From: Polyangiaceae bacterium
Lineage (GTDB): Bacteria; Myxococcota_A; Polyangia; Polyangiales; Houyiibacteriaceae
Assembly (NCBI GenBank): GCA_027009115.1
Contig: JALVDI010000386.1
Span: 6,700-70,699, forward strand
Length of the DNA stretch: 64,000 nucleotides
Direction: 5' to 3'
This document shows positions 9,501 to 17,227 of this stretch, piece after piece. The position numbers were made by a program, and so were the translations under genes. Position 1 is the first letter of the stretch, and the number at the start of each line of letters is the position of its first letter. Below the pieces are notes generated by a model. That model saw nothing but the letters and a program-made list of their open reading frames with translations. It was not told the origin of the DNA and did not search any database.

Positions 9501-10523
9501 GTCGTCGGGGTCGGCGTGGCGGTAGTGGGTGAGGTACAGCCGCGGCGCGCCGTCCCGCCCCGGGTGGCGCTCGATGACCAGCGGCAGGAAGGGCGGGTTG
9601 GGGATGCGCAGGTGGTAGTCGCCGTCCTCGTCCCCCTCGCGCAGGACGTGCTCACGCAGGCCGGCCCGCTCCAGGAACTCCGCCACCGCCTTGGCGTCGG
9701 CGCTCTTCTGGCGGTCGGCGGGGGCGACGGCCGGCCCCGCGTCCTGTTCGGGCTCGGCCGGCTTGGGCGGCTCCAGCTCCCCGCGGCTGGCCAGGCGGGC
9801 CGCGGCCTCGACCTTCTTGGCGAGGGCGCCCGCCGTCTTGATCAGGTTCTCCGAGCCGTGGTCCACCCGTCCCCCGGCGTCGTAGGCGAAGCTGCTCGCG
9901 GCGTACAGGTCCTTCATCGCCGCCTGCAGCTTCACCAGCATGCGCTGCAGGCGCGACAACGGGTCGTTCCCGCGGGGCAGCTTGCGCGGGCGCAGCTTCT
10001 TGCGCTCCCACTTGGGGGCCGCGTTGGAGTCGAAAACGCGCTCCACCTCGCGCTCGAGCTCGTCCAGGGCGGCCTCGGGATCGCGGCGCAGGGTCGCTTC
10101 CCAGTCGTCCGGCGCCGGCCGCTCTTCGGGTTTGGCCTCGGGTTTGGCCTCGGTCTCGGTCGGCTTGGCCTCGGCCTCGGGCTTGGGGGCGGCGGCCTGC
10201 GGCTTCGGCTTCTGCGCGGCCTCCGCCTCGCCGTCCGCCTTCTCCCAGTACGTCTGCGTGTGAACCTTGCCGCTCTTCTCGCGCACCACCTTTTTGACCG
10301 GCTTGAGGTGCGCCTTGTCGTGCCGGCGGTCGAAGAGCGACGGCTGCTCGGGCTGGCGGCCCTGCCCGTCGAAGAGTGCGGGCTGGTCGGGGGGCGGCGC
10401 CTTGCGCCGGCGCGTCCCCGCAGAGCGCCGCGTGCGGCGCGCGGACCGGCTGGGGGCTGGAGGGAGGTTGAAGAGGGCCTGGGCCTGGGCTTTGATGAGG
10501 TCGTAAATCTCGCGTAGGGTCAT
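3501..10523 (-). CDS. Giant (2340 aa) N6-adenine DNA methyltransferase + SNF2-family helicase fusion (P1 DarB-like)
   Basis: Methyltransferase motifs: EPSMGNGVF (motif I) and AVIANPPYG (motif IV; NPPY at nt 8376-8387). Helicase motifs: ALDVGLGKT (nt 6561-6581), SDEHHAYKN, LTATPTKNSP, and FNLQ...HLDIPWDPGTYWQRLGRAVRQGN. The N-terminal third carries PEAKPTETE low-complexity linkers. The long C-terminal part looks coiled-coil. Confidence 0.9.
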   Translation of the reverse strand: MTLREIYDLIKAQAQALFNLPPAPSRSARRTRRSAGTRRRKAPPPDQPALFDGQGRQPEQPSLFDRRHDKAHLKPVKKVVREKSGKVHTQTYWEKADGEAEAAQKPKPQAAAPKPEAEAKPTETEAKPEAKPEERPAPDDWEATLRRDPEAALDELEREVERVFDSNAAPKWERKKLRPRKLPRGNDPLSRLQRMLVKLQAAMKDLYAASSFAYDAGGRVDHGSENLIKTAGALAKKVEAAARLASRGELEPPKPAEPEQDAGPAVAPADRQKSADAKAVAEFLERAGLREHVLREGDEDGDYHLRIPNPPFLPLVIERHPGRDGAPRLYLTHYRHADPDDPMSDIYLDGELVYKVAPDGALELEETATHDPIRGYELRGRDPQFARVFAQNLTDHFYHEVPRERWEGKNAPQVEPSVPDTAGPAPAELPADPSDQHLREGAEKTVVFADGAHTYRLKGGRWHRVDEEPESAPSAPRQETEPEPQATSEPEPEAKPTAPEAEAGAAEPQAEPEPEPEAKPTETEPEAEAEPAAEEPPQAEAEGRGLNYARPLREILKRIPRFGFALLPKATVAQRTKANARAVELLERLEDEKREPTEEERQVLAAYTGEGGLTGDLNAHYTPAPLAAAMWALLHRVAGQPKTALEPSMGNGVFLHTAPDGTRVTGVELSEVSGKIGKLLHEPRGHKVYPGLSFEEYNQGEGQEHTYDAVIANPPYGIRGSLIGKGKPWLAKAEQYFIDASLDRLKDGGVGVHLINPGPVENPSTRDFRRRLLARAEVLGAYQLPSSVFKESNSGVPPVVLVVRKRPDDEGMTLLRLVQRHGEEALEKAGVLTDAARDFLDGKLHLRDDHLFGTWSGETTYHGYKKIEGELEPGLLERLAQAPTDEQPADMAALERHYGDEYASARDWATSAASNLERGRVEEGTVSEDGRLVFRNGRWHTIQGEDPRLAAAVSIADELREYVHVLNNGSPADAEARRKAVVESLKRYLEEYGNPHQHLAGELKRRHSLAHLLSAVTPKGDVAEHLLNPVTGERGEGVDYTDPYAVAAHLARQRRLTPTRLASVLAGKGWGTTQAMEWLAENGYAMDESGRWIPDDEFYVGDVYERSEALERAAEAPGLSNTEREILRAQAKKFREKLPRKPLEEVEITARDHYVRPEVVRDFIGEVVDPGGQYNVRRTDTGIFIVEHAEGYSLPDHVKEFVKYLNFDTPVRRLTAEQTRTMTRAELDALKAQYREEARKQEQEWADQFKAWAASSDYREELEEGYNRTYNSYIPPKYSNEALDIPDWKGPPLHDFQTEAVRHALDTGNSIMALDVGLGKTYAGLALAQLLEHEGRAKRVMHVMPKSLMGNWRNSYAELGSGRWYITGEFAVPEGTDEQTAADAQKVYDLLKERDLINLNDAEKASGLEPERFRAALRALSRADVARGVPGDHVMVIGETFDPKKKVWREDKMKDVATKLARLAADPSITRVLITRDKFGAIPVRPETLERYVKDDVVRAREFEEAQHDKRKKRSERDWVGKMQQAMEKATAKLFGDQVRAVHWEDLGVDALISDEHHAYKNLHAAPRVFGESPKFLGAGSESQRALDMLIKARHVRDHNDGSGIYALTATPTKNSPLEVYNMLRYVTDAVDRIAPTPEAFISRYTDIGNALVATPGGVEVRTAVLGFKNLGELRGLMNRYIFRRTAQEVGLKIPEREDHEHIFEMHPEQHTEYRALAAAAQHAAANREAEGDEHFFSYLARMRFLTLDPAVYDPERLGHLPNPRFQKAGEIAKQALSEGGKVVMFMDLGQSSMDENPAEDMGEDALREYAKRNKLPHEGMTTAKLRKLVAKHLEESRTNAYARLKQHLIEAGVPEDQIAVVTSKTAKSSAARADIEAAYKAGKIRVVIGSTGVIGEGFNLQTGTTDMVHLDIPWDPGTYWQRLGRAVRQGNTQEKVRNHVLLARGSVDAMTYGTMLGKKGWTDILWNSTEERARNADAMDPENDPYTQMLMQTADNPDDVRAILEKQKKKRLEEAKAAAWQATVQKLQQASILHHSVQKQRGLVAQAQANLEKAHAEGSPEKVAVWNRRLEERSRKLKRLEGEWRARMSDLERNEQVSKDQLDAIREGRPFVIAPSGQVFVEGGHIEQHTKDGGVRHFRILSVSPVTKTMQIAPLVPLQRYGSEPKPSSYKIEDVAELGNIFARPRVDDETLGQELAQRLRHVGVTGLQKVHPDVVRRHHDRIQEALKEWAKQDRGGIGAWVVNREGVPEHRTASYAKPGIPLEEGERLLTNTPEDIELWRKHHGERDLGYDALGALPFYAERVLGKRHWRAIPRPEQAEYLVKASLVELYHKMTGRTR
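8953..8978. repeat. 26-nt exact repeat (second copy 10149..10174) inside Pro/Glu/Ala/Lys low-complexity linkers of the giant gene
   Basis: ctcggtctcggtcggcttggcctcgg occurs at both positions. It encodes EAKPTETE within two PEAKP-rich linker regions (about nt 8884-9110 and 10110-10229). Confidence 0.7.
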
Positions 10524-10753
10524 TCGGTCGCCTCCACCGCGCGGGCCGTCCCGCGCTCGAGCACGTGGCTCAGGTACTCGTCTTCCAGCGCGCTTCCCCG
10601 CGGGGCGCGGATGCCGTCGGCGGCCGCGCGGGCGGCCTCCTCGTGGCGCTCGGCCACGCGACGGGCGGCACCGCGCGCTGCGGCCTCCTCCACGTGGGCG
10701 CGCGCGATCTCGGCGCTGATCTCGGCCAGCAAGCGCTTGGCGTCGTCCTTCAT
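10520..10753 (-). CDS. Hypothetical small helical protein (77 aa) between the two giant genes
   Basis: Track ORF trimmed to ATG 10751-10753 (MKDDAKRLLAEISAE...), which has an AAGGTG SD 7 nt upstream. ATGA overlap with the giant gene start at 10520-10523. Confidence 0.55.
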   Translation of the reverse strand: MKDDAKRLLAEISAEIARAHVEEAAARGAARRVAERHEEAARAAADGIRAPRGSALEDEYLSHVLERGTARAVEATE

Positions 10754-10785
10754 GGTGCGCACCTTATCCGCCGTGGTGGTCAGTC

Positions 10786-13700
10786 CTACCCGAAAAGCGT
10801 TCCCTGCTGCGCCGCGGGGTTCGGCGCCGGCGGGGGCGGGGGCGTTGGATCGTCGTCGTCGTCGCGCTCAGGGCGGGACAGGCCGGCCAGCTGCAGCTGC
10901 AGCGCGAGGCCGGTGTCGTCCATGTGTTCGTACGGCCCCTGGAAGATCTGCCCCAGGAGGCGCTTGCGCTCGAGGCGTTCCAGGTTGGCGCGGTCGTGGT
11001 CGGTGTCCGTCATGAGGGTGTGGATCTCGATCGCCTTCTTCTGCCCGAGGCGGTCAATCCGCGCCGAGCGCTGCTCCCACGTCTTGTGCGTCATGGGCAG
11101 GTCGTAGTGCACCAGCCACTCGCCGCGGTGCTGCAGGTTCGCGCCGGTCGCGCCGGCGTCGGAGGCGACGATGATGTCCACCTCGCCGCGGTCGAAGCGC
11201 TGGCGGATGCGCGCCTTGTCCTGGGCGCTGTGCCCCCCGTGCAGGACGGCGACCTTGTGCCCGGCCCGCTCGAGGGCGGCGGCGATCTCGGCCACCGCCT
11301 TGCGGTTGTGGGCGAAGACCACGCCGCCCTTCCCGCGCCGCTGCTCCGCGAGCGAGAGCAGGTGCTGGATCTTGGCGTTGCGGTCGGCGGGGGCCTCGTT
11401 GATCACGCGCGCCTTCGCGGCCTCATGCAGCACCCCGAGGCTGCGGTTGAGTTTCTGGGCGACCTGCTCGTGCTGGGCCTCGGGGACGCCCTCGAAGCTG
11501 CGGGGCGAAAGGGCCCGCAAGGCCTCCAGGTCCACGTCGCCGCGGTCGCGGGCGCGCACGGCGCGCTGGTAGGCGGCGCGCACCTCTTCCAGCTGCGCCC
11601 GCTGCTCCGGGTGCAGCGGGATCGGGGCGTGCCCGCTGGGGGTGTCGCCGCGGGTGCCGTCCGCGCCCCAGACGACGCGCTTGGTCGTCCCCGAGGGCAC
11701 CACGTCGTGGTAGACGTAGCGGTCGGCCAGCCGCTTCAGCGCCTCACGTGCGGTCAGCGCGTCCACGCCGTAGCGGCGCCGGAACTCGGCCGCGTCGCCG
11801 AAGCGCTTGGGGTCGAGCTTCTTGAGCCAGTCGCCGATCTCGGAGGCGTCGTTCTTGACCGGGCTCCCGGTCATCAGGGTGCCGTACGGCGACAGGCTCA
11901 TCGCGGTGTCGAGCACGGCCGTGAGCAGCGACTCCGCCTTGCCCTGGCGGTTCAGGGCGTCGTGGGCCTCGTCCACGGCGACGTAATGCAGGGGGATCCC
12001 GTGGGCCTCCAGGGCCTCACGCATGAGGCGCTGGCGCTCCGGCAGGTCGGCCTCGAGGAAGCGGTCCTTGAACGCCTCGAGGTCCTCCCCGTGGTGCTCC
12101 GCCATCAGCTTGAGCATGTCGTCGCGGAAGGCCTGGTGGGTAACGGCCACCATGTGCACGTCGGGGGTGGCGTAGGCGGCCCGGCGCTCTTCGTGCGTGG
12201 CCTCGCGCGCGTGCCAGCGGAAGCGGCCGGGCTCGAGCACCCGGGCCATCTCCTCGCCGAACTGGTCGCGCACGATCGAGGGCACCACGAACAGGCCCTT
12301 CTTGGCCTCGCCGCGGTGGTGGAGCTCGGTGAAGGCCCCGATCGCCACCGAGGTCTTGCCGCTCCCCGTCCCCAGGAAGGCGGCGAGCTTGCGGCCTTCG
12401 ATAATGGCCTTTATCGCCCGCTGCTGCTTCACGTACTTGGTGCCCTTGCCCATGGTCACGGGGTACATCTGCACCGGGCTCATGCCCGCGTGGACGCTGC
12501 CGGCAACCTCCGGCATGAGGGCCGCCAGCCGCTTCTCGACGGCGGGGGGCAGGGCGTGCCGCTCGAGGTGCGGCACCGGGGCCTCGGGCTCGACCGCCTC
12601 GTCGCCGGCGTTGGCGAAGAGGCTGGCCTGCGCCATGCGCGCGGCGCGCTCTTCCTCCTTCTTCTTGCGCCACGCCTCGAGCAGCGACCCCTTCCCGCCC
12701 ATGTACGCGAAGCGGCCGCCCTGACGCTCCCGCAGGCTGTGCTGCTGGCGGGCGATCTCGTCCTTGAAGCGGCGGTACCCCTCGGGGTCGCGCACCGCCC
12801 ACAGGTGCTCGCCCCAGCGGTTCGCCTCCTTCGACAGGCGTAGGGGCTGGCCGGTGAGCTTGGCGTGGTAGTGGGCGTAACGGCTCGCCAGCGACCCCCT
12901 CATGTGCTCCTGCACCGCCTCGTAGGCGCGCTGCGGCCCGCCGATGCCCTCCACGAACTTGTTCCACTCGACGAGCTCCGCCTGGTCGCCCAGCGCTTCG
13001 GTGGCCACCCGCTGGCGGTCGCGGTGCCACTTCACCCAGTCCGGGTTCAAGGGGAGGTCGCTCGCCAGCCGGTCGGGGTAGGGGTTGCCCCGCAGGTTGG
13101 CCTTGCCGTCCTCGGTGAGGGTCACGCTGCCGTCGTCGTTTTCCACGTAGTCGCCGCGGCCCAGCCCCATCGCGCGCAAAGTCTCGGCGCGGAGGTCGGG
13201 GTCGGCGGCCACATGGTCACGGAACCGCAGCGTGATGGGGGCGTCGGGGTCTACGGGGGCCGGCTCTCCGAAGAGGCCGCCGTCCTGGGGCGCGCCCCAC
13301 TTCTCCGGCATGGGGTGCTTGGCCTCGTACTCGGCCAGGGCCTTGCGCACCGCGTTCTTGCGCGCGGCCAGCTCCTCGGGGCTCTTGCCCAGGATCTCGG
13401 TCAGGTAGTAGTGCCGCAGCGCACGCTGGTCGCGGTGGTCGAGCTCGCCCAGGGGCTTGAGGGCCACCTGCGTGCGCGGATCGGCGAGCACGCTCAGGTA
13501 GAGGGCCTTGCGGACCTCCGGGGTGTCGCCCACCGTCTGGCCGTAGAAGTCGGCCTCCCCGGGGTGCTCGCGCTCCACGAAGTCACGGGCCAGGCCGCGC
13601 AGCCGCTCATGGAGCTCGGGGTGCTTCTCCTGCAGGCGGTCGTAGTCCACCGGGATCGGTACCCGGTACTCCTCGCCCTTGCGGTTCTTGCGCACCTCCT

Positions 13701-16023
13701 CGCCCGCCCACGTAGGCAGCAGCTCCTCCAGGTGGCGGTCGTACTCCTCCATCTTCTCCGGGGGCACCCAGTCACGGATGAAGCTGCTCGAGGTGAGCAG
13801 GCGCTTGACCTCCGCCGGGGTCCACCCGTCGGCCAGGCGGCTGGCCACGGCCTCCTCCAACCCCGCGCGCACGTCGTCGCGGAAGTTGGGAGCGCGGGCG
13901 AGGCGGCGGGCCTTGGGGGGCTCCTGCTGGTCGAAGGCGCTGGCCGGGTAGCGGGCGAAGCCCGCCGGCAGCCAGTCCTCTTCGTCGTGGCGGCCGGCCT
14001 TGATCGCCTTGACCCGCTCGGCGGTCTCGCGTTCGGCGGGGTCGGCGTCGGGGGTCAGCCGGTCCATGCCCTGCCGGTTGAGCCGCACCCTGAAGCGGTC
14101 GTCGTCCCACTCGTAGGTGTAGTCGCCAGGCTCCAGGCCCAGGGCGCGCAGGGCCGGGATCACGTCGCGGGCGCTCTTGGAGAACTCCAGCTCGAGGTGG
14201 TCGGCCGGGGGCTGGCTGAGGGCGAGGTTGAGCGCCGCGGACGCCTCCAGCTTCCCGAGGGCGGTACCGAGGTGCCGGTGGGCCTCTTCGAGCAGGCGCC
14301 GCTTCCGGCGCACCAGGTCCATGACCGCCGCGGCGTCGGTGGTCGAGGTGATCGCCGGGATCTCGATCGCACGCGCGGCCTCGAGGGCCTTGGTGCCCCG
14401 CTCCATCGCCTCCTTGAGCATGGGCTCGAGGGTGCGGTCGTGGTGTTCGGCCAGGGCCTTGCGGACCTTGTCCAGCTCCTCCTCGCTCAGACCCCGGCGC
14501 AGCGCGTGCGCCGTGAGCTTGACCCCCGCGTCGAGACCCAGGGCATCGAGGGCGAGCCGGTCCAGGGTGTCGCGCCCGAGGACCGCGAGCGCCACGTTGC
14601 TCAGGTGGGCGTAGGCCCCGGCGGCGTGGTGCTTGTACAGGGCCTTGCGCAACTCGCCGTAGCTCCACCCGGGCTCGGCCGCCCGGTTCACGGTGTCCAG
14701 GAAGCTGCGGGTCAGGTCTTCCTTCGCCAGGTCGTCCACCCGGGCCGCGATCTCGCGCGCCAGGTCGGGGTCCACCTCCTCCGTGTGCACGAGCAAGGGG
14801 CTGCCGTCTTCACGCGCGTGGGCCTCCTCGAGGGCGCGCACCTCTTCCTCGCTGGCGTCGGGGTCGTGACCCAGCAGCGCGCGCCGCTTGGCGCGTTGCA
14901 GCTTGCGCAGTTGGCGCGCCGCGGCAAGGAAGGCACGCACGTCCTCGGCGTGCTGGCGCAGCTCCTCCGGCGTGGGGGCCTCCGGCTTGGGGGCGGCCTC
15001 CTCGAGGGCGGCGCCCGCCTCCTGCGCGAGGGGCTGGGCCGCGCGCATGCGCTCCCGGGCGGCGAGCACCCGGGCCTGGACCTCTGGCGCGTACTGCGCG
15101 AGCCGCGCCTGGAACGCCTCTTCGGCCTCGCGCTCGAACTCGTCCTGCGTGAGGCCCCGCTCCTCGGCCAGCTGGCGCATGGAGCCCCCGTAACCGCGGC
15201 TGGCCACCGGAGCCGTCTCCGCCCCGGGGATCTCGTCGGGTTCGATCTGCCCCCGCTCGCCCAGAACCGCGCTGCGTAGGTCGGGGTCGCGCACCAGGTG
15301 CTTGAGGACCTGGCGCTCGATCCGCTTGACGGCCTGGGTCGCGGCGCGAACGTGGCGCGCGGTGGCCAGGCCGGCGGCCAGGGAGGCCGCGTCGCCCTCG
15401 CCGGCCGCCTGCTGCGCGATGGTGCGCAGTTGCTCACGGGTCTCGTCGTCGAGCATGCGCTCGAGGTGCGGGTTTCCGGTGATCCGGGCGGCCGCGGCGA
15501 GCGCGGCCCGGTGCGCGGCCTCGATGTGCTCCTGCAGCCGCTGGGCCAGCTCCTTGCGCCGCTGGCGCTCCTCGGGGGGCACGTCCGGCTTGGGAGCGCG
15601 CTCTTGCTGGCGGCCGCGTCCGATCCGCGTCAGGCGCAACCCGTGCAAACCCTTGGGCCCCGAGACGACGTGGGCCGATCCGTCGGGGTTGACCTTGATC
15701 TTGACGTGGACGTAGTCGGGGTGGTCGGGTCCGTGGGGCTTCAGCGTGATCCAGCGCTCGTTGGGCCCTAGGTCGCCCCCGTCCGCCTTGTGCACCAGCT
15801 CGGCGGGCTCGAGCCAAAACACCAGCGCGAAGCCGTTTTCGTCGTAAGCCAGGTAGTAGCCCTTGGCCAGCGCACCCTTGGCCCGGGCAATGGCGATCCG
15901 TATCGCCTCTCCCTCGTCGTACCCCTCGCGAAGCAGCGCGTTGGCGATCCGCACCGCCCGGCGCCGCACGGGGGGCGCGAGGTGCTTCATGGCATCGGGA
16001 AAGCGTTCTGCGGTCCAGGGCAT
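10786..16023 (-). CDS. Giant (1745 aa) ChaB-domain + SNF2/DEAD-like helicase protein
   Basis: Track ORF 10786..16170 trimmed to ATG 16021-16023, which has a GGTGGGGG SD and does not overlap the upstream gene. The N-terminus MPWTAERFPDAMKHLAPPVRRRAVRIANALL...AIRIAIARAK is ChaB-like. The C-terminal helicase core has LGTGSGKTSVA, VAVDEAHDALN, IIVASDAGATGANLQ and WEQRSARIDRLGQKK (about nt 10990-12480). Confidence 0.85.
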   Translation of the reverse strand: MPWTAERFPDAMKHLAPPVRRRAVRIANALLREGYDEGEAIRIAIARAKGALAKGYYLAYDENGFALVFWLEPAELVHKADGGDLGPNERWITLKPHGPDHPDYVHVKIKVNPDGSAHVVSGPKGLHGLRLTRIGRGRQQERAPKPDVPPEERQRRKELAQRLQEHIEAAHRAALAAAARITGNPHLERMLDDETREQLRTIAQQAAGEGDAASLAAGLATARHVRAATQAVKRIERQVLKHLVRDPDLRSAVLGERGQIEPDEIPGAETAPVASRGYGGSMRQLAEERGLTQDEFEREAEEAFQARLAQYAPEVQARVLAARERMRAAQPLAQEAGAALEEAAPKPEAPTPEELRQHAEDVRAFLAAARQLRKLQRAKRRALLGHDPDASEEEVRALEEAHAREDGSPLLVHTEEVDPDLAREIAARVDDLAKEDLTRSFLDTVNRAAEPGWSYGELRKALYKHHAAGAYAHLSNVALAVLGRDTLDRLALDALGLDAGVKLTAHALRRGLSEEELDKVRKALAEHHDRTLEPMLKEAMERGTKALEAARAIEIPAITSTTDAAAVMDLVRRKRRLLEEAHRHLGTALGKLEASAALNLALSQPPADHLELEFSKSARDVIPALRALGLEPGDYTYEWDDDRFRVRLNRQGMDRLTPDADPAERETAERVKAIKAGRHDEEDWLPAGFARYPASAFDQQEPPKARRLARAPNFRDDVRAGLEEAVASRLADGWTPAEVKRLLTSSSFIRDWVPPEKMEEYDRHLEELLPTWAGEEVRKNRKGEEYRVPIPVDYDRLQEKHPELHERLRGLARDFVEREHPGEADFYGQTVGDTPEVRKALYLSVLADPRTQVALKPLGELDHRDQRALRHYYLTEILGKSPEELAARKNAVRKALAEYEAKHPMPEKWGAPQDGGLFGEPAPVDPDAPITLRFRDHVAADPDLRAETLRAMGLGRGDYVENDDGSVTLTEDGKANLRGNPYPDRLASDLPLNPDWVKWHRDRQRVATEALGDQAELVEWNKFVEGIGGPQRAYEAVQEHMRGSLASRYAHYHAKLTGQPLRLSKEANRWGEHLWAVRDPEGYRRFKDEIARQQHSLRERQGGRFAYMGGKGSLLEAWRKKKEEERAARMAQASLFANAGDEAVEPEAPVPHLERHALPPAVEKRLAALMPEVAGSVHAGMSPVQMYPVTMGKGTKYVKQQRAIKAIIEGRKLAAFLGTGSGKTSVAIGAFTELHHRGEAKKGLFVVPSIVRDQFGEEMARVLEPGRFRWHAREATHEERRAAYATPDVHMVAVTHQAFRDDMLKLMAEHHGEDLEAFKDRFLEADLPERQRLMREALEAHGIPLHYVAVDEAHDALNRQGKAESLLTAVLDTAMSLSPYGTLMTGSPVKNDASEIGDWLKKLDPKRFGDAAEFRRRYGVDALTAREALKRLADRYVYHDVVPSGTTKRVVWGADGTRGDTPSGHAPIPLHPEQRAQLEEVRAAYQRAVRARDRGDVDLEALRALSPRSFEGVPEAQHEQVAQKLNRSLGVLHEAAKARVINEAPADRNAKIQHLLSLAEQRRGKGGVVFAHNRKAVAEIAAALERAGHKVAVLHGGHSAQDKARIRQRFDRGEVDIIVASDAGATGANLQHRGEWLVHYDLPMTHKTWEQRSARIDRLGQKKAIEIHTLMTDTDHDRANLERLERKRLLGQIFQGPYEHMDDTGLALQLQLAGLSRPERDDDDDPTPPPPPAPNPAAQQGTLFG

Positions 16024-16082
16024 CGCCCCCACCGTAGCGGCGGGGGCGGTTGGGGTGCGGGCCCGGTCGGGGCGTCGTCGCG

Positions 16083-16847
16083 CTACGGCTGCCCAGCCAG
16101 CAGCGAGGCCCAGAAGTCCGCGATCGGGATGCGCCGGGTGACCCGGCCCGAGCCGTCGCACACGTGGCACTTCACCTCTTCGGGCTCGGGCTGGTCGTAG
16201 CCGTGCTCGGACCAGAACCTACGTACGAGCTCGTTCACCTGCTCCACGGTGAGCCCGTGACGCTCCTTTGGGGGGTGGGCGGCGTAGAAGGCCTCCCACA
16301 GGGGATGCGCGACGATCCCCTGCCCCCGGCACTCGTCGCACCTGGACTTGGTGACGACGTGGGTGACGGTGCCGCCGTAGGCGTCCTCGACCGCGCCCTT
16401 GACGGCTCGGACCGCGTCGTGCACGTCGCAGGCGTCTTCGTCGCGCGCTTGTCGCTCGAGCTCGGCCAGGGTCAGCCCATGCCGGCGCGCGAGCCAGTTG
16501 GCGAGTTTGCGGGGCATGGGGTTCCGGGTTTTTTCCGGGTCCACGAGCCCCGGGAGGTCGTCGAGGTCATAGGCGCCGAAAAAGTCCTCAAGCGGCTCGT
16601 TGAAGCTGGTCTCGCAACCGTACCCCACCTGGAGGTTCCAATCCACGAGCTCAGCGCAGCGGCCGCAGATCTTGTACGTGCTCCACTTGTGGCCGTCCTC
16701 GTCCAGAACGTCGTGGCGGTAGTAGGTGGCCTTCGGGGGAATCACGCCGCCGCACGAGCTGCACGTATGCTGCCGGCGCGCCTTCAGGCGCTGTTCCTTG
16801 TGGAGCCGTACGTCGCAGTTATCCGTGTAGACCGTCACAGTAGCCAT
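16083..16847 (-). CDS. Cys-rich protein with zinc-ribbon and DnaJ-type CxxCxGxG motifs
   Basis: Trimmed to MATVTVY (ATG 16847) behind an AAGGGGGGGG SD. It contains CSSCGG...CGRC plus CDECRGQG and CHVCDGSG. Confidence 0.6.
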   Translation of the reverse strand: MATVTVYTDNCDVRLHKEQRLKARRQHTCSSCGGVIPPKATYYRHDVLDEDGHKWSTYKICGRCAELVDWNLQVGYGCETSFNEPLEDFFGAYDLDDLPGLVDPEKTRNPMPRKLANWLARRHGLTLAELERQARDEDACDVHDAVRAVKGAVEDAYGGTVTHVVTKSRCDECRGQGIVAHPLWEAFYAAHPPKERHGLTVEQVNELVRRFWSEHGYDQPEPEEVKCHVCDGSGRVTRRIPIADFWASLLAGQP

Positions 16848-16861
16848 CCGTGCCCCCCCCT

Positions 16862-17227
16862 TCACGCCAGCGGCCGCCTCGGATCGCGCCCCCCGGCCGA
16901 TTCGGCCAGCGCCTCCGCCATCATCCCGGCGGTTTTCAGCAGCATCGAGGCGAACCGCAGCGCCTTAACCCGCGTCTCATCGCACGGGTCGTCACCCCCG
17001 AGCTCGTCCGCGGCGTCCAAGAACGCTGCGGAGGCGCGCGTGTAGGCTTCGGCCGCCCCGCGCATGAAGATCTCCAGCGTGCCAAGGTGGTCGCCCAGAA
17101 CAACGCCGGCGGGCACGAGCTCAGCGGCCACGTCCACCAGCTTCTCGGCGACCTCCTGCTCCATGCCACCGTGCTTGAGAATGTTGACGAGCGACGCCTT
17201 GCTTGCGCTCCCCTGTTCGGTCGTCAC
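16862..17227 (-). CDS. Hypothetical protein (121 aa)
   Basis: ATGA overlap with upstream gene 17224..18237. Acidic, helical composition. Confidence 0.55.
   Translation of the reverse strand: MTTEQGSASKASLVNILKHGGMEQEVAEKLVDVAAELVPAGVVLGDHLGTLEIFMRGAAEAYTRASAAFLDAADELGGDDPCDETRVKALRFASMLLKTAGMMAEALAESAGGRDPRRPLA

Noticed and set aside
8884-10229. Repeated GC-rich DNA (ggcctcgg / ggctcggtctcgg units) as a possible mobile or satellite repeat.
   Set aside because: It is in frame and encodes PEAKPTETE-type low-complexity linkers of the giant protein, so it is a coding low-complexity region rather than an independent repeat element.
3525-10517. Very long plus-strand ORFs in the track (3525..6545, 1006 aa; 6615..10517, 1300 aa). 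Similar cases are 52554..57959 (1801 aa), 60278..62869, 10924..15279 and 827..2113.
   Set aside because: They are antisense shadows of domain-bearing genes in a high-GC genome. Their translations are dominated by Arg/Gly/Ala/Pro/Val/Leu runs, carry no motifs, and lack SD-start contexts. The opposite strand carries recognisable methyltransferase, helicase and baseplate signatures.
10786-16170. N-terminal extensions of several track ORFs (10786..16170, 41815..43011, 25744..26568, 35467..36654, 439..819, 45060..45551, 18717..19370).
   Set aside because: The extended parts are Arg/Pro/Gly-rich, overlap the upstream gene, and lack an SD. Internal ATGs with GGAGG-type sites and ATGA overlaps give clean domain starts (ChaB, P-loop, DnaN N-terminus, signal peptide).
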